A stretch of 64,000 bases of DNA from assembly GCA_045635085.1 (NCBI GenBank), contig JAZRBM010000008.1, positions 142,936 through 206,935 of the forward strand, given 5' to 3'. Below, piece by piece: positions 57,570 through 64,000 of the stretch. Made by a program: the position numbers and the translations under genes. The notes under the pieces are model-generated. The model was given only the letters and a program-made list of their open reading frames with translations, did not search any database and was not told the DNA's origin. Numbering within the stretch: position 1 is the first letter of the stretch; every line of letters begins with the position of its first letter. This DNA comes from Congzhengia sp. Lineage in GTDB: Bacteria; Bacillota; Clostridia; UBA1381; UBA9506.

Positions 57570-59939
57570 ATGAATGATAAAACCTATAAAACTCTTGAAT
57601 TTAATAAAATTTTAGAACAACTGTCTTTATATACACAAAATGACAGTGTAAAAGAAAGAATTACCGCACTAAAGCCAGAAACAGACTTTAATGCGGTTTC
57701 TGCTATGCTAAGAGAAACGACTGAGGCAGTAGGGATTATTACAAGGAGAGGCACAGCCCCCGGCTTTAAAATTACTGACGTAACAAAGTCGATAACACGC
57801 ATAGAACGCGGTGGAGTGCTGACAATGAAAGAACTGTGTCAGTTATCAGCAGGGCTAAACACAGCAAGAAGGCTAAAGGCATATATTGAGGACGATAAAA
57901 TAAGTCAGGGCACATCGGTTTTTGACATAGCATCGACAATTACAAACCTTAAAAATGTAGAAGATGAAATAAATGATAAGATAATAAACGAAGAAGAAAT
58001 AAAAGATTCTGCAAGTCCTGCTCTTTTTGCCATCAGAAAAAAGATAAAATCACAGGCGACACGCATAAGGGACGCACTAAACAGCTTAATTTCGGGGCCG
58101 CTTTCCAAATATTTGCAGGACCCGATTATCACTATGCGCGCAGACAGATACGTAATTCCTGTAAAGGCTGAACACAAGGGGGAAATAAAGGGCATAGTCC
58201 ACGATGCATCAGCATCAGGCTCGACTGTGTTTATTGAACCTGCAAGCATTGTTGAAATGACGAATGAAACAGCCCAGTTAATAGCCAAAGAAAAAGAGGA
58301 AATAGAAAGAATTTTAGCAGAGCTTTCTGCTTTTGTAGTAGAATATAATCACGAAATTTTTGTAAATACAAATGCAGTTTTAAATCTTGATTTTATTTTT
58401 TGTAAGGCAAGACTATCTTTTGCTCAAAAAGGTACAGAGCCTAAAATCAATACAGACGGAATAATTGATATTAAACGTGCAAGGCATCCGCTTTTAGATA
58501 AAGAAAAGGTAGTGCCGATAGATATTTCTATAGGAAAAGATTATGACACGTTGGTTATAACAGGCCCGAATACAGGCGGAAAAACCGTATCTTTAAAGAC
58601 CTTGGGGCTGTTTACTTTAATGGCACAATCAGGACTTCACATTGCAACTGATGAAAATTCAGAAATTGCGATTTTTGAGAATGTTTTTGCAGATATTGGT
58701 GATGAGCAAAGTATTGAACAGAGCTTGTCAACATTTTCGTCGCATATTGTAAATTTAGTCGACATACTAAACAAGGTAACGAGCGATACGTTGGTTTTAG
58801 CCGATGAGCTTGGAGCGGGAACAGACCCCACAGAAGGCGCAGCACTTGCTATTTCTATTATTGAATATATTCGCGGATTTGGGGCTAAAGTTTTAGCTAC
58901 TACCCACTACAGTGAGCTTAAGATGTATGCTCTTACTACTGACGGTGTTGAAAATGCATCGTGTGAATTTGATGTAAATACTCTCTCGCCGACGTATCGC
59001 CTGATGATTGGTGTGCCTGGCAAGAGTAATGCTTTTGCCATATCTAAAAGACTGGGTATTAATGATGTGATTCTTAAAAACGCAAAATCAAGAATTAATA
59101 ACGATAATATAAAGCTTGAAGATGTCATCAAAGGATTAGAGGAAAGCAGAAAAAAGGCAGAAGAAGACGAAAAAATGGCAGAGTCTGCATTTCGTGATGC
59201 TAAAATCTATAAGACCAATATTCGTCGTGAAATGGAAAGCTTAGAGAAGAAAAAGTCAAAGATACTGCAGGATGCAAGGGCTGAGGCTCTGGCAATTATA
59301 GAAAGTGCCAAAAAGCAATCCCAGGAAGTTCTGCGCGAGGTTCGCCAGATTAAGGCGTCTGACAGCTACAATGAGCTCGTTAAAAAAGCAGAAAAGGCAA
59401 AAAATGCTCTAAAAGATGAAAGCGATAAGATTTTATCGGCATCAGGCAATGAACAGATAAAAAGAAAACCCCTCAAAAACGTAAAGCTTGGCGAAATGGT
59501 GCACGTGGTTTCCCTTAATGCTGATGCACAGGTTATAACCCAGCCTGATAAAAAGGGCGTGCTGACAGTTCAGGCCGGAATTATGAGGGTTAAGACGAAT
59601 TTGAGCGACTTAACACGTGCAGATATTAAGGAAGAAAAGAAAAAATCAAAGCCTGTATCAACAGCCTTTAAAATAGATAAAAAGACTACAGCAACTCTTG
59701 AGACAGATGTTCGTGGTATGACTTTAGATGAGGCTATTTTGGTGGTAGATAAATTTATTGACGATGCCTACCTTTCAGGACTTCACGAGGTCACCATAAT
59801 CCATGGCAAAGGAACGGGAGTTTTGCGAAGTGGTATTTCTGACTTTCTAAGAAAGCATCCGACAGTAAAGTCATACAGGGCAGGTCGTTTTGGAGAAGGC
59901 GAGATGGGTGTAACTGTAGTTACACTAAAGGATAAGTAG
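57570..59939 (+). CDS. mutS2: endonuclease MutS2 (Smr domain)
   Basis: Walker A GPNTGGKT, DELGAGTDP, and C-terminal Smr motifs DVRGMTLDEA and IIHGKGTGVLR. Confidence 0.93.
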   Translation: MNDKTYKTLEFNKILEQLSLYTQNDSVKERITALKPETDFNAVSAMLRETTEAVGIITRRGTAPGFKITDVTKSITRIERGGVLTMKELCQLSAGLNTARRLKAYIEDDKISQGTSVFDIASTITNLKNVEDEINDKIINEEEIKDSASPALFAIRKKIKSQATRIRDALNSLISGPLSKYLQDPIITMRADRYVIPVKAEHKGEIKGIVHDASASGSTVFIEPASIVEMTNETAQLIAKEKEEIERILAELSAFVVEYNHEIFVNTNAVLNLDFIFCKARLSFAQKGTEPKINTDGIIDIKRARHPLLDKEKVVPIDISIGKDYDTLVITGPNTGGKTVSLKTLGLFTLMAQSGLHIATDENSEIAIFENVFADIGDEQSIEQSLSTFSSHIVNLVDILNKVTSDTLVLADELGAGTDPTEGAALAISIIEYIRGFGAKVLATTHYSELKMYALTTDGVENASCEFDVNTLSPTYRLMIGVPGKSNAFAISKRLGINDVILKNAKSRINNDNIKLEDVIKGLEESRKKAEEDEKMAESAFRDAKIYKTNIRREMESLEKKKSKILQDARAEALAIIESAKKQSQEVLREVRQIKASDSYNELVKKAEKAKNALKDESDKILSASGNEQIKRKPLKNVKLGEMVHVVSLNADAQVITQPDKKGVLTVQAGIMRVKTNLSDLTRADIKEEKKKSKPVSTAFKIDKKTTATLETDVRGMTLDEAILVVDKFIDDAYLSGLHEVTIIHGKGTGVLRSGISDFLRKHPTVKSYRAGRFGEGEMGVTVVTLKDK

Positions 59940-59981
59940 ATTTAAAGGTTTAGCGATAAATTGTAACGATTATTAACTACA

Positions 59982-60947
59982 ATGGGGAGCATCACTTTTA
60001 TTATGGAAAGTTTAAAACTATCGTTCGAGGCGGTAACACCTATATTTTTGATGACGTTATTGGGGTACATTCTTAACAAAATTAAATTTGTTGATGAAAA
60101 GATATTTGATGAAATAAACAAGTTTGTTTTTAAAGTGTTTCTTCCAATATTATTGTTTTATAACATATATAAAACAAAGTCAGTTGAGGGCTTTGCAGGT
60201 CACCGCGATTTGTTTGCATTCACCATTATAGGGGTGTTGTGCATATTTGCAGCAGGACTTGTTTTTGTATATTTTATAACAAAGGAAAACTCAAAACGAG
60301 GTGTTTTGCTCCAGGCTTTTTTCAGAACAAATTTTGCGATTTTGGGCGTTCCTGTTGTTGACTATATCTGTAGAGGCAATACAGGCGGCTTGTCCGCTCT
60401 TATGGTTGCGCTTGTTGTCCCGCTGTTTAATGTTTTAGCGGTAATAAGCCTTGAAATTTTCAACGGAGGAAAGATTGCTTTTAAAAAAATTATAAAGGGG
60501 ATTTTCACTAATCCTTTAATTATAGGGTGCTTTGTAGGAATTGTTTTCCTGGTTTTAAAAATAGAAATTCCAAAAGCCATAGAAAAAACAGTCTCGGATG
60601 TTTCTAAGGTAGCATCGCCTCTTGCTCTTATTGCTTTAGGGGCAGGGTTTACCTTTACAAATATAAAGGGATATATAAAGGAAAATGTCATCGTGCTTCT
60701 TGCCCGGCTTGTTATCCTTCCGCTGATTATACTTTCTTTAGCTGCCTTTATAGGATTTAGAGGCGAGGCTTTTGCTTGTCTTTTAGTCGCTTTCGGTGGA
60801 CCGGTGGCGGTCTCTTCGTTTTCAATGGCGCAACAGATGGGCGGAGACAAAACTTTAGCAGGACAATTAGTAGTGCTGACATCTGCTTTTTGTATATTGA
60901 CTTTATTTATATGGACTTTTGTCTTTAGTCAGTTTGGTGTGATATAA
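59982..60947 (+). CDS. AEC-family (auxin efflux carrier) transporter
   Basis: About 10 TM segments, with AEC-like N-terminus PIFLMTLLGYILNK and NPLIIGCFVG. The start is uncertain (59982 or 60003). Confidence 0.7.
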   Translation: MGSITFIMESLKLSFEAVTPIFLMTLLGYILNKIKFVDEKIFDEINKFVFKVFLPILLFYNIYKTKSVEGFAGHRDLFAFTIIGVLCIFAAGLVFVYFITKENSKRGVLLQAFFRTNFAILGVPVVDYICRGNTGGLSALMVALVVPLFNVLAVISLEIFNGGKIAFKKIIKGIFTNPLIIGCFVGIVFLVLKIEIPKAIEKTVSDVSKVASPLALIALGAGFTFTNIKGYIKENVIVLLARLVILPLIILSLAAFIGFRGEAFACLLVAFGGPVAVSSFSMAQQMGGDKTLAGQLVVLTSAFCILTLFIWTFVFSQFGVI

Positions 60948-60975
60948 GATGCACAATATAATTAAGTGAAAAAAT

Positions 60976-61009
60976 GGGGCTGTATCCTTAACTACAGCCC
61001 CGTTTTTTT
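60976..61009 (+). terminator. intrinsic terminator after the AEC transporter gene
   Basis: Stem GGGGCTGTA/TACAGCCCC followed by T7. Confidence 0.85.
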
Positions 61010-61107
61010 ACATATCCTTTATTCCGCAACCGCAGACTTTTTTTGCCTTGATATTTTCCTGTACCTTATTTAAACATTCACCGAAACGATTAAATTAAAC
61101 GAATAGC

Positions 61108-61136
61108 CGTAAACCCTTGTAGTATGTGGGTTTACG
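61108..61136 (-). terminator. hairpin downstream of the 87-aa gene (possible terminator)
   Basis: 9-bp stem CGTAAACCC/GGGTTTACG with moderately T-rich minus-strand sequence after it. Confidence 0.4.
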
Positions 61137-61159
61137 TCTAATTCTATTTTTCCTTATTT

Positions 61160-61423
61160 TTATTCATTTTCATCCGGAATTTTTGTCATTTCAAAAATTT
61201 CATTCCATTCTGATGGAAGCAAAACTACCGTTATTCCATCAAATTCATTATGAATAAATATATGATCGTCGCCAATCGCATAAAAGCCTAAAACGGATGT
61301 TCTTTCTTGAAGATTTTTGTCAAATCTTTTGTGGAAACTTGGATGATAGTCGCCCCAAGCACCATTGCTAAATCTTTCTATTGATTTGTTTACTTCTTTT
61401 ATGAGGTGTTTTTCTATAGCCAT
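61160..61423 (-). CDS. hypothetical 87-aa protein, no recognisable family
   Basis: Clean ORF 51 nt downstream of the XRE gene on the same strand. I recognise no motif in it. Confidence 0.5.
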   Translation of the reverse strand: MAIEKHLIKEVNKSIERFSNGAWGDYHPSFHKRFDKNLQERTSVLGFYAIGDDHIFIHNEFDGITVVLLPSEWNEIFEMTKIPDENE

Positions 61424-61474
61424 TTTAGCAAAAACACCAATGGTTTAATTCCATTATATTTTCTTCCTCTGTAT

Positions 61475-61813
61475 TTAATATGTACTAACAAGCTTTTTTG
61501 CTTGATTTTCTTTTAGTCTATTTATCAAGCTTAAAATTACTAATATATCTTTTTCTTCAAGCTCTTTCAACCCATCCACCGCCATCTTAATTAAATCAGT
61601 TTCTTTCAAACTGTTATCAAAAAATTCAGCAGGCGTTAACTCAAAATAATCGCATATTGCAAAAAAGTCACTCATTGGCGGCAAAGACTTACCTGAAGAG
61701 ATATTGTATATGTAGCTACGGCTGTGTCCTAAATCATAACTCATTTTATATTCAGAAATGCCTTTGCGTACTCTAAGTCTGGTTATTCGTTCTCTTACAT
61801 AATTTTCATACAT
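61475..61813 (-). CDS. XRE-family helix-turn-helix transcriptional regulator
   Basis: HTH_3 pattern ITRLRVRKGISEYKMSYDLGHSRSYIYNISSGKSLPPMSDFFAICDYFELTPAEFF. Confidence 0.8.
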   Translation of the reverse strand: MYENYVRERITRLRVRKGISEYKMSYDLGHSRSYIYNISSGKSLPPMSDFFAICDYFELTPAEFFDNSLKETDLIKMAVDGLKELEEKDILVILSLINRLKENQAKKLVSTY

Positions 61814-61819
61814 AAACTA

Positions 61820-61848
61820 TTGCTTTTTGTTAAATTATTTGGTATAAT
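61820..61848 (+). promoter_or_regulatory. sigma-A type promoter, copy 1 (TTGCTT-17-TATAAT, TGg)
   Basis: Lies inside repeat copy 1, divergent from the XRE gene. Confidence 0.5.
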
Positions 61849-61922
61849 AAGTACAAAAAGTTATGAAAGAAGCAATTTATTATGTGTGATACTATTTATA
61901 CCATATTTTCATACATAAACTA

Positions 61923-61951
61923 TTGCTTTTTGTTAAATTATTTGGTATAAT
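61923..61951 (+). promoter_or_regulatory. sigma-A type promoter, copy 2 (identical hexamers)
   Basis: Lies inside repeat copy 2, about 195 nt upstream of the 62146 CDS. Confidence 0.5.
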
Positions 61952-62145
61952 AAGTACAGAAAGTTATGAAAGTAGCAATTTATTATGTGTGATACTATTT
62001 ATACCATAGACGATATAAAAACCGTTCCCTACGATGAAATAGCATAAAGTTTTAGTTGTTACAGAATACTATGACGTCGGAGAACGACGATCAAATAAAA
62101 ATTATATGAAATGGCGGAAGACATCCGCGAGAAAGGAAGTTAAAC

Positions 62146-63201
62146 ATGAGTAACTTAATGAATGGGTATTTGATGCATTTAGACCATAATGCCGGGCACC
62201 GCACGGCAAGGCGCAGCTTTGAGGATAATGCCGGTGAGAGAAATGAGCTGAACCATTTTGACCTGCATTTTTATGAGCCCCTTTGGGCTGATATGAAAAA
62301 GCGCATTGGTGAGGCAGGCGAGAATACACTCTTTATGAATTTGGGTAACGGCGTTCAGTATGCCAGCCACCCGGAGCTTGCGGTTGCAGGTGCATGGACA
62401 AGACAGAGGCTTAAAAGAGAAATAGCCGAGCTGCGGGATAAGGGCGTAATTGCAATGCCCAAGCTTAACTTTTCAATGATGCATGGCGAGTGGCTGGGAG
62501 ACTACCGCCAGATGCCGGGCACGCCTACCTACTACCGTGTTTGCCGCGAGCTTATATCCGAGGTTGCCAAGCTCTTCCGCGGTGCGACGCACTTCCATAT
62601 TGGTATGGATGAAGAAAACGTTAAGTTTATTCATGCGAACGCGCAGCTTGGTATTGTCAGACAAAACGACTTCCTTTACAGCGATTTGCAGTTTTTGTTC
62701 GACTGCGTGCGTGACGAAGGGATGATTCCGGTTATGTGGGGCGGTTTGTCGGTGCAGAGGCTCGAGGAATTCACATCCCGAATTGCTCCCGGAGAGCTTG
62801 TAATCATGTCGCAGAACGCTCACGCAATAGAGAGAGAAAACTGGACGTCAATAGAATCGGAAGAAAGATATAAACAATTTTACACAACGCGCGTGCCCTG
62901 GAAGTACATGAACATACAATATGTGGAGGAAGACCCCACCTGTGTTGCCTTCCGCGAGAATGTACCGAAGCTTTTGGAAATGGGCTATGACGTGATTATC
63001 GGCGTGACAGATTGGTATGGTTACGACCCTATCGCGAGCGAAACATTGGCTCATTTTGTAAAGGAAGAGAAGTATAAGGAGCATATTGTGGGATATACTA
63101 TGACACCTTGGCTTCGTACATATCCCGAATATCATGAGGGTTGGATGCGTTCTATCGACAGAATGCAGGCGGCTCTCCGTGAGTGCAACCTTGATAAGTA
63201 A
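62146..63201 (+). CDS. GC-rich hypothetical TIM-barrel-like hydrolase (GH20-like HxGxDE motif)
   Basis: 351 aa with RBS GAAAGGAAG. THFHIGMDEE resembles the GH20 catalytic H-x-G-x-D-E motif. No signal peptide. G+C and codon choice (GCC, CGC, CTG) visibly differ from neighbours. Confidence 0.35.
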   Translation: MSNLMNGYLMHLDHNAGHRTARRSFEDNAGERNELNHFDLHFYEPLWADMKKRIGEAGENTLFMNLGNGVQYASHPELAVAGAWTRQRLKREIAELRDKGVIAMPKLNFSMMHGEWLGDYRQMPGTPTYYRVCRELISEVAKLFRGATHFHIGMDEENVKFIHANAQLGIVRQNDFLYSDLQFLFDCVRDEGMIPVMWGGLSVQRLEEFTSRIAPGELVIMSQNAHAIERENWTSIESEERYKQFYTTRVPWKYMNIQYVEEDPTCVAFRENVPKLLEMGYDVIIGVTDWYGYDPIASETLAHFVKEEKYKEHIVGYTMTPWLRTYPEYHEGWMRSIDRMQAALRECNLDK

Positions 63202-63260
63202 AAACGGCTGCACGTAAAACAAACGAGGATAGTGTTGATTTTATATCTCTTTACCCTAAA

Positions 63261-63290
63261 GGGCGCGCGAGGCGCTTGCCCCGCGTGCCC
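63261..63290. other. GC-rich hairpin
   Basis: Stem GGGCGCGCG/CGCGTGCCC (9 bp, one G-U) with a 12-nt loop and no adjacent T-run. Confidence 0.5.
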
Positions 63291-63330
63291 AAAATGGGTA
63301 TCACATAAGGGAAAATATTCCCTATATTTT

Positions 63331-63360
63331 ATAACCTGTTATAACTCTTCATAACCCTTT
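63331..63360 (+). repeat. 3 x 10-bp tandem iteron-like repeat (ATAACyyyTT)
   Basis: Units ATAACCTGTT, ATAACTCTTC and ATAACCCTTT at an exact 10-bp period. Confidence 0.8.
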
Positions 63361-63419
63361 ATCTCAAGCAATTCGCAGATGGTGCTTTTTTTGTAAGTCT
63401 ATATAAATCTACATAAGTG

Positions 63420-63450
63420 GTCGTAAAGCAGTCGTAAGTTGGTCGTAAGC
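63420..63450 (+). repeat. 3 x 11-bp direct repeat (GTCGTAAG core)
   Basis: Units GTCGTAAAGCA, GTCGTAAGTTG and GTCGTAAGC at an 11-bp period. Confidence 0.8.
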
Positions 63451-63463
63451 TAATTTCTATTAG

Positions 63464-64000
63464 ATTGAAAGACCTTTTGATTCTTCAGGTACACTTACTA
63501 TTAGTGGTCAAGGAGATATGGACGATGGTTTTTACTCCGCTTAATATTTACTTTAACGGAAGTCAAAGCGAGTGGAATGTAGCATATGGTAGTAAAATTG
63601 AAATGGGTTCGTTTAACTATGGTTCTATTCATCCCTTCTATTATGTTAACATATTGGATTCTTATGATAATGAATTATGTGAAATAATGCAACCGAGTAA
63701 TCAAGCCATAGATACTGATTCTCTTCCAAAAAAGGAGATTATAGTGTTATTCTGTTCACGGATGCAGAATATAAGAACAAATTTGATATTACTCAACAAA
63801 TAACAGAAAATTTATCATTATATTTAAAATATGAATTTCCAATGCTAAATAAAATAAAAATTGATGGAGATACTTCAGCTGAAGTTGGTACTAAAGAAAT
63901 TTCGCAAAAGGTAATATATGCTTCTGAAAATAGTGTTATGTATTGCCTTGTTGAAATAAAATACCCTCAATGCTTATATCTAGACTCAATCATACCAAAA
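63464..64000 (+). pseudogene. 5'-truncated, twice-frameshifted remnant of a cell-surface protein (BspA-type LRR end plus Listeria-Bacteroides/Flg_new-type repeat); continues past the window
   Basis: Three frames join at homopolymers. GTLTISGQGDMDDGF runs to T5 (63529-63533), LNIYFNGSQSEWNVAYG...DTDSLPKK runs to A6 (63728-63733), then GDYSVILFTDAEYKNKFDITQQITENLSLYLKY follows. A stop codon TAG lies just upstream at 63461. Confidence 0.55.

Larger units (their letters stand above)
61803..62008. repeat. tandem direct duplication, 2 x 103 bp (2 mismatches)
   Basis: Copy 1 (61803-61905) and copy 2 (61906-62008) differ only at acaAaaag/acaGaaag and aagAagc/aagTagc. Each carries the first 4 codons of the XRE gene and a plus-strand promoter. 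Confidence 0.95.

Noticed and set aside
60362-60850. 162-aa antisense ORF within the AEC transporter gene
   Set aside because: It is the reverse frame of a membrane protein gene, with no RBS and no motifs.
61803-62008. The 103-bp repeat as a CRISPR array or minisatellite
   Set aside because: There are only two directly abutting copies with no spacers. The unit is far longer than CRISPR repeats and contains a promoter and a gene start, so it is a segmental tandem duplication.
1-64000. Search by eye for rRNA, tRNA, tmRNA, CRISPR arrays, transposase or integrase genes, and additional riboswitches upstream of lysA, ileS, trpS, pfp and feo
   Set aside because: None was found. Intergenic regions other than 3039-3302 and 31903-32057 are too short or lack the conserved cores (L-box, T-box, tRNA T-loop). 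The absence should be confirmed with tRNAscan, Infernal and ISfinder.

Overview
This 64 kb window is a low-GC Firmicutes chromosome segment. It looks like a spore-forming anaerobe of class Clostridia, given sigH, yunB, a membrane-anchored M23/SpoIIQ-like peptidase, ferredoxin-dependent IOR and a PPi-type PFK. Positions 1-61000 are densely packed housekeeping genes. They include typA, lysA, mnmG, yicC-remA-gmk-rpoZ-rimO-pgsA, aconitase-icd, feoAB, aspS-asnA-asnS, infC-rpmI-rplT, the yggS-sepF-ylmH-divIVA-ileS-lspA-rluD division cluster, sigH, rimP-nusA-ylxR-ylxQ-infB-rbfA-nrnA, rnhA-tatD-radical SAM-trpS, and an S4 protein-TPR-mutS2 group. I saw no rRNA, tRNA, CRISPR array or transposase. The most interesting locus is 2996-8980. 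A textbook T-box leader whose specifier loop reads UAC (Tyr) precedes a sodium:solute symporter, an ANL-type acyl-CoA ligase and indolepyruvate:ferredoxin oxidoreductase IorAB. This looks like a tyrosine-starvation-induced arylacetate import, activation and reductive carboxylation route to tyrosine. Other leads are a feo leader with a Fur-like box plus three TTAG..CTAA palindromes, and two orphan GC-rich structured intergenic elements. There is also an operon of three class-II synthetase-fold paralogs. From about 61 kb onward the window looks accessory: it holds a 103-bp tandem-duplicated control region, a GC-rich foreign-looking hydrolase gene, iteron-like repeat arrays and a frameshifted surface-protein remnant. 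All product calls come from motif recognition by eye, and no database search was possible.
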